A DNA stretch of 64,000 nucleotides from Lytechinus pictus (taxonomy: Eukaryota). The DNA is taken from NCBI RefSeq assembly GCF_037042905.1, contig NC_087245.1, positions 41,914,001-41,978,000 on the forward strand, given 5' to 3'. Position numbers and translations under genes: made by a program. Below, in pieces: positions 1 to 12,875 of this stretch (its first letter is position 1; the number at the start of each line of letters is the position of its first letter). Below the pieces are notes generated by a model. That model was not told the DNA's origin, did not search any database, and saw only the letters and a program-made list of their open reading frames with translations.

Positions 1-378
1 GTCATTGAACTTATTAATTTACAGTCAATATTTCCTAAACAGTGAGTTGTTGGTTACAGTGCCAGAAAACTATTATATGTATTTGGTATATATACTTATC
101 ATTCAGATATTGGTTTTTTATTAGCACAACTAGTTTTCAAAAAAGATACTACCTGTTTGCCAGCCCAAAGAAATCCCCACACAGAATATATAGATCTTTT
201 ACTTGATATTCATTTTATTTATGGATTTATTTTCTAGTTTATTTATTTAGTTATCTTTTTTACTTTATTAATTTTTATCGGGCCGTTACACGCGCCAATA
301 TCTCGCGCCATTTCACATGCCGTTTTACGTGCCGTGTCATGCGCCGTTCGCACCTCATCACGCTGATTAACGCTCTAT

Positions 379-829
379 TACCGTGTTTACACTTAATCGG
401 CATTTGAATCGGCTCGCGGTTCTGAACCGCGAGCCGATTCAGCATCGGCTTTTTCATAGCGTGTAAACGCGAGCAACTTGAATCGGCTCGCGGTTCAGAA
501 CCGGCAATTTGCACCACCAAAGTAGTAGGTTCTGAACCGCGAGCCGATGCAGAATCGGCTTTTTTACTACGTGTAAACAGAAAGTCGATTCTGCACCGGC
601 AATTTGTGCGCATTTCAATTACTTTACCATTGTGACGTAATTGTAAGCGCACTGATCCAGCGTTGTCTTTATTATGACGTATATTGTAGGTATGCGTATC
701 ATTTCAGGTTTTTGCATCGGCTCGCGGTTCTGAACCGCGAGCTGTAACAACGTGTAAACGCATTCCAAATGCCGATTCTGCATCGGCATTTGGTTCAGAA
801 CCAATTGCCTATTAAGTGTAAACACGGTA
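379..829. mobile_element. MITE with TACCGTGTTTACACTTAAT terminal inverted repeats
   Basis: TIRs start at 379 and end at 829; TAT on both flanks (or a TA TSD if the ends are CCG). Repeated internal hairpin GGCTCGCGGTTC-T-GAACCGCGAGCC. Sits within a degenerate ACGCGC-rich repeat. Confidence 0.8.
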
Positions 830-1149
830 TATATAACGCGCTGTATCATGCGCTATATCATGAGCAGTATCACGCGCCGATTAACGCGTCTTATACTAGT
901 AACGCGCCGGGCAACGCGCTTTCTTGCACTAACCCGTAAAAGAATATGACAGGCCATACGGAGACGTTGACCTAGGGATTTCCTATAATCATTATTATAA
1001 TTAAGATATATTAGGCTTTGAGAAAGGAGAGTGGGAATTATTTATCCGAAGTTGGACTGGCAATTACTATTTTTTCCCGAGGGGCAGTCCAACCGAGGGT
1101 TAATACTTCTCACTATGCTTTCGAAGGAAACGCCTGATATATTTGTCTT

Positions 1150-1610
1150 ATATCCCTCTTTAACCTGGTCCTTGCTGACGTGCAACCAATCGAGATCGAT
1201 TCTAAAGTCGCTGGATCTAGTCCTAACTTAGGCCTGTCGAGCTAATGCGAGCCATGCAGTCCCTGCCCTGGGTAGGCTGCGCGCGGCTTCTACCCGACTG
1301 CAGTTAATGAGAGTTACGCTGCCTGCGACTGACTTTTCATATTGTCGGTAAATAATTTGAGCGAGAGCTTGTATTTCATTGCATTTATTTTTATTTTTTG
1401 CGGTCAGGGAACATGCGCAGTTTTACGTTGAGAGAACATATCGAGCATAAGCATGCGCAGTTCTCCCATGAAAGTATATCGAAAAATATACGGAGCTGGA
1501 AGAAAACTCTACAACGACGTTTTTCCTATTAAAATTATACTTTGTCACATGATCACGAATTGACCAATCGTTTATCTAGAATACTCATGAATATTCATAA
1601 GAGGGATACA
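1150..1610. repeat. Possible non-autonomous element with short inverted ends
   Basis: TATATCCCTCTT (~1151) and AAGAGGGATACA (~1599) bound a CpG-richer core; no second copy in the window. Confidence 0.35.
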
Positions 1611-1753
1611 AATTCTAATATGCATTCATAATCGCACCAGCAAACCGAATTCAAGATAAATTTTAAAAAAGAAAGAAAGATTTGTCTTCAATGACATGAA
1701 CATACCGTCTGGTATGTTTGGAATGTGGTTTGCTGGTGTTAAGTAGCAGTGAC

Positions 1754-1897
1754 CTGGGGAACGTTTCATCAACATTCTAGTCGGACTAGAAGTCAGATCT
1801 GACATCTTTCCATGATTCTGATTGGCTAAGAGGCATTGTTACTATGGTAACTGTCGGATAAAACGTCCGACAAATCCTTCCATTAAACGCTACCCTG
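1754..1897. mobile_element. Short MITE of the CTGGGG...TTTCAT family
   Basis: Inverted ends; reverse-complement homolog at 17124-17286. Confidence 0.75.
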
Positions 1898-2339
1898 TTT
1901 GTTTAATGTTTAATTCTGGAATCACGGTGTCACCCGAACGCTCAATTCGAGAAACGAATCCTCACCCGAAATGAAAAGGAAAACTGTTAGGAATACATTG
2001 GTCTTGGAGAGAGCAAACCATCACACAGACTGACCCAATCAAGCCGCCAACCATAGTGAGTGAACGAGGATAAAAATGTCGCTGTAATCCATTTGCAAAT
2101 ACACCTATAAAGGAAAAATAAAAATCAATTCATAAGTCTGTTATTATTTCTGCAAAAAAGTTAATGCATAATCATTCATGATAACTATTCATGATAGATC
2201 AGTTAGTAAGCCAGAGTTATAATAATCAAATATTTTCATTTACCTAGGGAACCCACTTCAGCTCTTATGAACTGTTCCAGCCGACCCTGCATAACATTTG
2301 ATTGACTCAATTTTATTTAATTCATATATATATATATAT

Positions 2340-3320
2340 CATGATCTCTGATCTACCTTGGATTTTGGACAAAATTGAAAATTAACCATCCTTGTTACTT
2401 GTCCTAATGTAATAGTGGACCCTTCATACCACAGTGTAGACACCAAAGATGTTTCTCACAGGTTGTATGCACTCTGATAATTTTTGAGTGATAGAAGTCA
2501 TTTTAGATTCCATTTTGGTCACCCTCTTGGATTTTTAGGCAATTTGGACAACTGGATATCATTGTAACAAGTCTAAACGTATTTTTCGAAACTTTAAACC
2601 AAAGTTTGAACACCAAAATCATTTTTCCTTGGTTGACTTTCAATGAACTATGTCAATTTTTAAGCAACAGACTCCAATCAAACCCCGATTGTTTGAAGCC
2701 ATCTTAGATGTTTAGACATATTGGATTACTCACTGTCCTTGTAACTTGTTCCATGTCATGATGTATTTACTGACTTTTAAAACCATGGTTTAGATATCAA
2801 AATAATATGCCCTTGGCAGATATTACACGAAATATGTCAATTCTTTAGTAACAGGGCTATTCTATAATCAATTTTTTGAAGCCACCTTGGATTTTTGACA
2901 TACTTGACCACTGAGTGTTCTTGTAACTTGTCCTAATGTATAGTTTGACACATTTCACCATGGCATAAACTTATTCCAGGCTATTAAACAATCTACGTTT
3001 TTTTAATGCAGCAGCAACAATTTTAGACTCTATTTTCAAAGCCATCTTGGATTTTTTAAATATACTGGACAACTGACTGTCCGTGTAACTTGTCATAGTG
3101 TATTACTTGACCATTGAAACCATGGTCTAGACACCAAATCATATATCCCAGACGGATATGAAATAAGCTATGTCCATTTATATATCAACAGCCATTTCAA
3201 ACTTCATTTTTGGAAGCTGTCTCAGGGTCTTGGACACATCAGACCACTGGCTGTCCTTGTAACTAGTCACAATATACTACTTCACCCTTAAAACCATTGC
3301 ATATAAACCACATTAAGCCA
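2340..3320. repeat. Degenerate tandem repeat, unit ~160-185 bp, about 6 copies
   Basis: Recurring (C)CATCTTGGATTTTT...TGTCCTTGTAACTTGTC...ACCATGGT-TAGACACCAAA at ~2356, 2525, 2699, 2882, 3041 and 3218. Confidence 0.8.
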
Positions 3321-4690
3321 CTGGAATTAGATGTAATTTGGTTGTCATGGCAATGGCATAAGTTATTTGTATATCAACAGCAAACATAATGCTTTGCACT
3401 CTAAAATTAGGGGAAATTTATGACAAAATGCAGATTCTAAACTGTTTTTCGATCAAATTTGGTACTTTATTCGGGAAAAAAAGAGTCATTGCCATGGCAA
3501 CGGGCTATATGTAACAGTGATATTTATCATTAAATTCAAGCATTACCAAGGCAACCTCAAATTTTATCATTCTAATGAACTAATGCGAACCACTGTAATC
3601 TTTGTTCAAAATTAATTGACTGGGTCAAACCTTGAGTTAATGGATTGCATTTTCCACCTGTCCATTATCATGTCAACCATGTTATTTTTTTCAAATTAGA
3701 TGTTATTTGGTTGCCATGACAATGGCTTAAGCTATAATTTGAATGTTAACAGGAAACATATCCATTCTTACCCTAAAATTAGGGGAAATGAAAGGAAAAA
3801 ATCAGATTCTACAGATTTTCTGATCAAAACTGGTACTTTTCTTGGGGAAATGAGTAGTTGCTATGGCAACAGGTCATTTGCAACGTTGATGTTTATCGAA
3901 TTCAATTATTACCAAGGCAACTTCAATGTTTATCATTCTTAGAATGATAAATAGTTCATGCAGAACACTCATTGTATTGTTTCCCCTAGATTAATTGAGG
4001 TCAATCCTGATGCATACAGTGATGCACATCAAGTGAATTTTCATTGTATTTTTCACCTGTCCATATCCTTCTCATCCATGTTGTTTTTTTAATTAGATGT
4101 TATCTGGTTGCCATGGCAATGGTCTAAGATGTTATATTTATAAATTTAGTCACATATATATCTCGATTAGTACCTTAAAATTATTGAAAATGGAAAGATG
4201 ATCATACATGTCTGTATTCTAAATTCTTATCAATATTTTTACCTTTCTAGAGGGAAATAAGCTGTTGCCATGGCAACGAGCCCTTTGTAACATTTTAAAA
4301 AGAATTTAATCCAAGTGTTACCAAGGCAACATAAGTTCATATCTTTTTAAAGAACTCCAGCAGAACATTTTAAGTACTTTTTGTTCTAATGAGGGGGTCA
4401 AAAGTTAAGCATACAGATTGAGTCAATTCTAATTCCACCTGTCCATTGTGTTGTCAACCATGTTATTTTTTTTTTCAAATTAGATTAATTTGGTTGCCAT
4501 GACAATGGCTTCAGATATTGTTTGTATCAATTTCTTCAGGATGTAGGTTTTCAAAACAAGGTGTATGCAGATTATTTTTTTCATTTCATCCCAAATAGTT
4601 TCACTTTTATCATCAAGTAAGTCTCATCACTTTTATTTTCGTTCCAATTGCCATTGAAACTGTCTTATAGTAAAATCAATTTTTATAAAA
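3320..4690. repeat. Degenerate tandem repeat, unit ~370-395 bp, rich in GTTGCCATGGCAAC-like motifs
   Basis: Unit anchors at 3341, 3710, 4107 and 4493; CCACCTGTCCAT and TTACCAAGGCAAC recur. Confidence 0.8.
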
Positions 4691-5282
4691 TCCTATTCCT
4701 GGTGGTGGTTTCAATTTTATGATACAAATCGTCCTTTTTTCATTTCATTTATTGATTTTCGTGATATAAGAAACATAACATAACAAAGTAAAAAAAATAA
4801 CAAGACATAATATCAGATATACCATGATTATAGATTTAAAAAATTAAGCTACCTCAGATGAATTTCGTACTTTGGAGTAAAACCCAGGTAACAAATATAT
4901 GATCATAAGAGTGGCAAATATCCCTTTTTCATTTAGGGAGGGTTATCGAGACTACGTTTTGACTTGTTTTTATACCACATACAATTTAGAAGAAGCCGTC
5001 AATTGACCAAGACAACCGTCGTTACACGACAGGTCATGATAGCAGTAAAACTCAAGTAGTAAATTGATGGAGCCATTGACAATGTTTTTCACCATCTTAA
5101 CATGATCGGCTAACAAGTTGTACATCATGTCAGGGATCTGGGGAGGATGATAGATGGCTAGGGGTGCATTTCATGAACAAACAGTCGGTGCTTTCTCAGT
5201 GGATATTGTTATAAGCTACTGAAATCCTAGCACATGATTGGCTCAGAGTAAATAAGCAGAGTAAATTATGATCTCTGAAATA

Positions 5283-5318
<36 letters not shown>

Positions 5319-5609
5319 ATATATATATATATATATATATGCGTCATTTTCAACAATTCAAAGCGCATAGAGATCTGTCGAATATCACGCGCTATATAAG
5401 CATCTATCATTGTTATATCACATTGGTATTATCATCCATATTATATGTATACATGAGTGAAGCTTGTTAATAACATAATATTATAGGTTCTCCCGCTCAA
5501 TTTCACATTCAAATAATTTAATTTGATGTTATGACCATTTAATTTTGCAGTAGCCATGATCGCCTCGTTCATTTTGCCATTGAATGATGGGGGACCTAAA
5601 GCTATGCAC

Positions 5610-6200
5610 TTTGTCTGGGGATTGTAATAAAGTTAAATTCAACAAATAACTCAACATGGCCAAAGTTCATTGACCTTTGACCTTGTTCATGTGACCTGAA
5701 AATCGCACAGGATGTTTTCTGATACTTGATTACTTTTATGTCCAACTTTCATGAATCAGATCAATAAACTTTCAAAGTTATGATGGTAATTCAACAGAAA
5801 CCCCCAACATGGCCAAAGTTTATTGACCTTAATTACCTTTGACCTTGATGATGTGATCTGAAACTCGCACAGGATGTTCGATGATATACTTGATTACTCT
5901 TATGTCCAAGAATCATAAATCAGATCCAAAAACTTTCAAAGTTATGATGGTAATTTAACAGAACCCCCAACTAGGCCAAAGTTCATTGACCCTATAAATG
6001 ACCTTTTGACCTTAGTCATGTGACCTGAAACTCAGGCAGGATGTTTAGTAATACTTGATTAAATTTATGTTAAAGTTTCATGAAATAGGTCTATACACTT
6101 TCTAAGTTATGCTGTCATTTCAAAAACTTAACCTTCGGTTAAGATTTGGTGTTGACGCCGACGGAGCCTATAGTCTCACTCTGCTATGCAGGTGAGACAA
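5610..6200. mobile_element. TGACCT-rich repeat ending in a GTCTCAC...GTGAGAC hairpin (Helentron/HINE-like non-autonomous element)
   Basis: About 3 internal tandem units (GGCCAAAGTTCATTGACC...GTGACCTGAAA); hairpin at 6173-6198 followed by an A-rich run. The family call is inference. Confidence 0.6.
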
Positions 6201-7984
6201 CAAAATATTTGAAGTTAAATTTCTGTGCCACTGTTTAGATTATTATGAAATTATTCCGGGAATAATTCTTCATTCGATTTAATTATCAGCAATATCTCCA
6301 TCATGACCACCCATCTTCATCATCACCATTGTCCCCCTCATCCTTTTCATCTCTATAATAATTACTCATATAATGAATGATGTTTTTTGACATTCCATTT
6401 CCGCTGTACGAATGTATTGATCAATTTGATGAGCTTAAATCTTGAGTTATCATTGTTTGTTATGCAATAAAGCAATCTTCTAATGATAGCAACTCTTCTC
6501 CCGCTAATTGTGCATGTTATAATCAATCAGTAGTATAGATCATTTTAGTTTTGAACGATAGTTTTAAGTACACTTTATCTATGATCCACGCCAAATCAGT
6601 AATCAGCATATTATGCCTGTATTTTGGTGAGTGTATACGAATAATACGAATCCAGAAGAAAGCAATAAATCTAATCAATTAACTTTATACTTGCAAAAAA
6701 TAACCCTTTAAAACACTTATTTACTTATCTACAGTATAGAAAGCAGGTATTATGCATAATTTAGTGTGATTGATAACTGAATGTCTTTTTGTTAAAGTAA
6801 TTAAATCATTAAGACTCGTAGACTTTTCCACAGGCAACGCGTGATCCACATTCGAGATCGGGGGGGGGGGCTGAATTAGCCTTTGGTCTTACTTAGGTGT
6901 CAAAATATGGGGGCTACGCCAAACAACGGTTAAGTATGGAATGACTCATCTATCCATTCTTTCTCCTTCAAGGGATGCTCCTCCCTGAAAATCGTATTAT
7001 TTGAAAAGATAAAGCAAAATCAGACACATAGACAAGGAGCAAGGACCTGTAAAAATTGGATTCGTACAACCCACACCACAGAAAAGGTTTCACACCATAG
7101 GTAGTTAGTACGGACCCTCTAGATCACTGCTAGGTAAATAGTATCTCAAATTGTGGTATCACTTTTTTCTACAGTCGAATTTAAAGAGCGATGTAAAATA
7201 GCAACCGAAAAAAGGAAAAAATCAATAACCTTTCAGGAGAAAGTGAAATGTAAAGTTGCCATATCTCGTATAATCTTTTATAATCATGAATACATCATTG
7301 ATGTATCAATATACTGCTCGGTAATAGCCCTAACGTTACAGCAACATTTAAAAGTGAAATTTAGTTATTACAACGTCAAAATAGGAATACACCATGGTCA
7401 AGTTCCATTTCCATCTGAAGTAGATATGAACAAATTGAGACGATACAATGATTTTATATGTCTAAATATGTGGCGCTGTATAAAACTACAGTGGGATTGA
7501 ATATACGTTTTACCTAACAAAATGAAGATCTTTTAAACATTTTCAGATAATTATACCCTATGGGCTACTATTTACAATTTTGAAGTGCCGTTCGGGATCC
7601 AACGCTGCATAAATCAACTAGAATTTATTGTTTACTGGCGATATAATCTGATGCAACCCAAATTCCTTACCAATGGCGAAGGATGCCCCCCCCCCTCCCA
7701 AATAGATAAATAAATGAATAAATAAAATAATGAAGGGCGTATGGGGCAGAATGTATTAAGAGCTGTGAACGACCAAAGCGATTGAACAAAAAATGACGTT
7801 TTTAATACAATAATCTATTTTTTGACAGATTTTTACATAACATACCCACAAAATTCTATCATATTTCCTCTTTTCCTTTCCTTTTCTTTCTTCTAATTAT
7901 TTTTTTCTTAATTGTGGAATCTGTTTAGGGGTCAATGGCCCTAAGTCCCCCCCCCCCCCCATTTATACGGCAGTATAAATGAGA

Positions 7985-8355
7985 GAGCGAAGTTGACTCT
8001 GTCGCTAACGCGTCTGCCCGTCGAACCAATAAGATCGTGGGTTTGAGTCCACCCCGGGCAGATGGCTTAAGCCAGTGCGTTGTGTGTAAACGTCTCTCCC
8101 ATGTTTCATACATGCAGGCTATGTTCAATGGAAAACACCCCGTCCCTCAGATAGGACGTTTAATGGAAGCCCAGTGAAGAGAAGAGTTAAGAACCCACTG
8201 CACTATTCGAACAACAGTAGGGGAAACCCCGGTGTAGTGGTCCACCTACATTCCCCCCAATCAGTTATATCGGGAGGAGAGACCTACGGGTCACAGTGAT
8301 TCAGTTCGCTTTTTGCTTCCCAGGCACAGGTGACGCCAAACAAATAATAATAATG
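7985..8355 (+). mobile_element. tRNA-derived SINE
   Basis: Degenerate tRNA head with B-box-like GGTTTGAGTCC (~8040), non-tRNA body and (AAT)n tail. Confidence 0.7.
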
Positions 8356-8394
8356 ATAGTATTCATTCCTGAACAGTAAAGAAAGTCATTGTAG

Positions 8395-8590
8395 CTTGTC
8401 CAGTACTGTGTGCGCCCCACCGGCGACTGACTGGAATACTCCCCAGGGAGTGGAGGATGTGCACACATTGTGTGCGGGAATGACTGATTGAATCCGATGA
8501 CCGGGGTAATAATATATCTGTAAAGCGCTTAGACACGTCGTTCCGATGTATTAAGCGCTATATAAAAAACGGATTATTATTATTATTATA
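8395..8590 (+). mobile_element. 5'-truncated SINE (3' part)
   Basis: AAGCGCTTAG...TAAGCGCTATATAAA tail typical of L2-partnered SINEs, followed by (ATT)n. Confidence 0.65.
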
Positions 8591-9778
8591 AAGAAAATGA
8601 ATATTAATATGAAAATTAATATTTCTATGTAATTTCTTCCCTCACAGTAATCTTGATATCCCCCCCTCAAAAAAAAAAATAATAAAAATAGATAAATGAA
8701 ATAGGTATAGTAATATCCGCCACCTCAAGTATGAAAATAATACTGGGTGATAGGCCTAGTGATACGACAAAGATTTCAAAGTGAAAATCTAGATATTATA
8801 TTAATTTACAAACGAAGTATACATAGCAAATACTGATGACCAAGTTCAATTTTCGGATGAACGTTACTATTCAGTAAGGTTTTGTTATAATCATTTTACA
8901 AATTATAGATTAGGGAAGTTTTACATCCGGAGTAAAAGTACATAATTTAGGGACATTTTTTTTTTTTGGGGGGGGGGGGTTCTTGTTTAATATGAAAGAA
9001 AAATATTTTTATTTATAAGTTACAATTTTACTTTCTTCCAAAACAACTGAATTATTCGACATCTAGCAAATATACTATTCTTAAATCCATTCTAGAACTA
9101 ATGCGGGATATATTAAGGAATTTACTTTAATTTCAATTTCTAATTTGTTCACAAACGTAAAACTTATAATAAATATGGTTACTTCTCTCCATGGATTTTT
9201 ATTTATTTATTTATTTCTAATTACCTTTTGATTATTCATGTTACATTTTGTTGTGGATTTTGATGTTTAATGACTATACTAGTATCCTTTTTTAACGTGT
9301 AAATTCTGTACAATTTAGACAGTGACTGCGAGATACAATTTGAAATAAACCATGAATGATATCAATAATTTCCATTCATTTCAAATGATTAAAATAATTT
9401 TGCCTGTATAATGCTCTATATACCAAAATAATATAATGCTATACTATATAGCAAAATATAGGAATATCGTAGCTTTTGTTGTATTATTGAACTTCAGTTC
9501 AATTCACTGAAACGTTTATTCTATTCCACTTGCCATTTCATCCATTTTCATATAGGATATGGAAATCAATGATAACATGAATACAGTACAAAAACAATAA
9601 ATGTAAAATACAGTATGTAAATTGTGTACATGGAAGAAGGTACAAAAACCAAGGAAACAGGTGTCGGGAATTGGGATACGCTTGTAAAACTATATGATGA
9701 AACAACAATTAAAAAAGAAAGGGCTATGACAAGGGAAATGAAGGGAAGAGAGGAGAAGAAAAGAGAGGTGAGCAAGGT

Positions 9779-9996
9779 GGAGGCGCGTTAGCTCAGTCGG
9801 TAGAGCGGGGGACTCGTATTCCGGTGACCCGGGTTCGATTCCCACTTGGTGCGCTAGTGCCCATTGGTAAGGCATTAATCCTCAGTACCAGGTCCTTCGG
9901 AGAGGACCTTAAGCCGTCGGTCCTCTGGTTGCTTGCTTACAAGCATTCATGCTTTCTTAGCAATCAGGTAAAAAATCACCACCAATACCAATACCA
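9779..9996 (+). mobile_element. tRNA-derived SINE with intact A and B boxes
   Basis: TAGCTCAGTCGGTAGAGC (A box), GGTTCGATTCCC (B box), CGT in the anticodon-loop position, body with TCCTTCGGAGAGGACCTTAAGCCGTCGGTCC, and (CCAATA)n tail. Confidence 0.8.
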
Positions 9997-10479
9997 AAGC
10001 AAGTAAAATAAGAATGGGCGTGAACATGACTGTGATGCAAATGTCCTAGGAATAGATTTAACGCATATTTTAGTAAAGCAGCTTGTATATTTACTGATCG
10101 CCTGCAAATTATTGAGGAGACAATTTTGCTCAAAATGTTATTCTGGCAAATCAATGCCTATATTTACAGAAACCTGCTAAAAGTTACCTCACCCCTTTTC
10201 GTACTTGACTTATATTCGGAAATGTCGTCTTTGGGCATCCCCACTGGAACAAAAGGGCATTTCTGCTGCATTGCAAAACTACATTTATTTGTATCTTTCT
10301 CTTGGAAAAGATACGAGGAGACGCTTAAGATACGAGGAGACACTACTCTACACATTACATGTAGAGAGTGGCTAGTACATCAAAGCCTATCTCCAAGTGG
10401 GAGCCCCCATTGTGAGAAAGACGCATTTCTTATCACAATTTCACATATTGTCATGCATCACTGTTTTAGTACAGAAAGG

Positions 10480-10680
10480 TAGATGGGAATCCAACTCTGT
10501 CCTCTCCAGTCTAAAAGTGGCTATGTATAGCAAAAATGCCTTTCTGCCTCAGTGGGCCTTCAAAATGGCAGATTTTTCCCATATTAAATAGGCAAAATAC
10601 AGAAAAGTGGTTGGTGAATTCGGCAGCCCCCTGAGTAGGGTGGGCTTCGATGTCCCAGCACTTCTTTATATGTATAGTAT
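10480..10680. repeat. Left part of an older repeat that continues at 15405-15870
   Basis: The unit AAAATGGCAGATTTTCCCATA...GGCAGCCCCCTGAGT..GG..GGCTTCGAT..CC.AGCACTTCTTT recurs twice at 15.5-15.85 kb in the same orientation. Confidence 0.7.
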
Positions 10681-11527
10681 CCCTAAATTAGACCCCAAAA
10701 TAGCCAATCTGGAATAACATTATTGGAAATGGTTTTTCAACTGATTTGAGTAGGTATGGGTGTCAACATTTACCAAAAAACAGTTAGGAGGAATACGGGT
10801 TGGGGAAAGTGGGTTTTTCAAGGTCAAAAGTCAATGACCTTTTCATATATACTGTATAATGATATCTCTGAGATGGAAAGGCGCAGGTTGATGATGATGG
10901 TGTCAAAATGCACAAATTCTTACCAGAATATCAAATAAAATAAAATACTTTATCTAGAACGCACATTCACCGATAAAATTCAAGGTCAAAGCCTTTCAAA
11001 GGTCAATGACCTTTTTTTTACATTATTTACCATACCGTATAATGGCATCTCTGAGATGATAAGGTACAGATCATGGTGTCAAAATGCACAGATTCTTACC
11101 AGAAGATCAAATAAAATAAAATTAAGTACCTAGAATGGACATTCACCAATGAAATTCAAGGTCAAAGCTTTTCAAAGGTCAATGACCTTTTTTACATTAT
11201 ATACCATATATAATGGTATCTCTAAGATGAAACGGCGCAGGTTGGTATTCTTGGTGTCAAAATACACAGATTCTTACAGGAAGATTAAATAAAATAAAAT
11301 TAAGCATCGAGAATGCACATTCACCCATAAAATTCAAGGACAAAGATCAATGTCTTTTTTAACATTAGATAATAATATATCTGAAATAAAACACCGCAGG
11401 TTGGTGATCTTGGTGCCAAAATGCAAAGATTTGTACAAGAAGATTAAACAACACCAAAATAAGTGTTAAGAATAAACTTTCATCCTTAAAATCCAAGATC
11501 AGAGGATATATATATATATATATATAT

Positions 11528-11627
11528 ATAATGAGATGAGGCGAGGCCAACTCAACAGATGACGCAGGACACCATTATAATGGTGTCCTGCGTCATCTGT
11601 TGAGTTGGCCTCGCCTCATCTCATTAT
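11528..11627. repeat. Perfect 100-bp palindrome with no spacer, inside (TA)n
   Basis: ATAATGAGATGAGGCGAGGCC...ACCATTA|TAATGGT...CTCATCTCATTAT; centre between 11577 and 11578. Confidence 0.95.
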
Positions 11628-12552
11628 GTTTAATATTCACAACTCAACAGCGATTGGTAGAAGTAAACTTATCATCACACTATATATATATATATATATA
11701 TATTTATTCTCTAAATCCATTTCTTTTACACAATATTTAAATAAAAAAGTTGCCCAAGCTGTTGTACATGTATAACTTCTCACATTTATATATATATATA
11801 TATAATCTGTATGATAATAAAAAATTTATCCTTTGTGTTCATATTTTATTTGTGAATAACGTAAATAAAGATGGCTAATTTGTAATGAAAACTTGGAGGT
11901 TTCATAATTTCAGTCTGAAATAATGAAGGTCATGGAGAATGTATTTGGGGGTCAGAGGTCAATGAACCCTTTCAAAAATATCAGTGGAAATTAAGTTAAA
12001 AAAAGTTGATAACCAAATAACACTTCTTCATATACTGCGATGCGTTGCCAAAAGCAATGAAAAAGAAATAAATGAAATCAAGTATATAATTTGAAATGAT
12101 TTTTTGATCTTAAGTAGCAGCATTTAATGCATCATAATATCTAAATCAAGGCTGTCGTGTCTTTTTCTCCCCAACGATAGGCCACTCATCTCAATGCTTT
12201 AATAATGATAAACACTATAAACTATTAGCTTAATCTTCTGAAATTGGATAGGATAGTTCTAACTCTCATGTCACAGCTAGCGTCATCTGAGAGCATTTCC
12301 AAACAGCAGAGGGATGATGATGAAGATGAAATGAGACGGACGTTCAGAAGAACAGCCATTGGCTGAAGTTCGTTTACCGTGTTGAAATAAAATAAATGAA
12401 AAATGAAATGAAATGAAGGGCCATCATTAAAGCTGCAGCTTCTGTCATACATGTAGTAAATGGCATGTATACCAACTTCAACAAAGATGAATTCCCGTAT
12501 TATTATTAATTACCTTTCATTGCGAGCTGCCAGAATCTTTTGAGATGCTAAT

Positions 12553-12875
12553 GCTGCAGGACAAAACTTCATATCTACTTTCTGCCGTACGTCACCCATG
12601 ATGCTATTTCTACTAGGTATCAGTATGTACAAGGATCATGTATTTGGTCCAGAACAACTGATTGTTATCATGCACAAATTAGGCATATAATAGTGAAATC
12701 CAAAAGGAGATATTAGCTTACAAGTACTCATCCATCGACCTAACAAAACTCCTGAAACACCACTTCCAGTTCTTGAGAATCAAGCTGTGCAACATATCAG
12801 TAATGATATAGATCCTGGTCTGATATCCATTGACGGAACGTTAGGCTTTCATTGAATGGGCCAGATCGAAGTCCT
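12553..12875 (+). pseudogene. Decayed Academ-type transposase fragment
   Basis: AAGQNFISTFCRTSPMMLFLLGISMYKDHVFGPEQLIVIMHKLGI** / EILAYKYSS / QAVQHISNDIDPGLISIDGTLGFH*MGQI resembles the remembered H.FGS..LI..L..LG and DN.D....TLDG..TFH.MG motifs. Contains stops and a frameshift. Confidence 0.65.

Noticed and set aside
275..849. 125-aa and 76-aa ORFs
   Set aside because: They are read through a repetitive MITE.
9781..9855. Possible tRNA-Thr(CGT) gene; also the Gln-like head at 13725
   Set aside because: Stems pair poorly, there is no poly-T terminator, and they continue into SINE bodies and tails.
11528..11700. Hammerhead ribozyme in the palindromic insert
   Set aside because: No CTGANGA...GAAA core was found on either strand.
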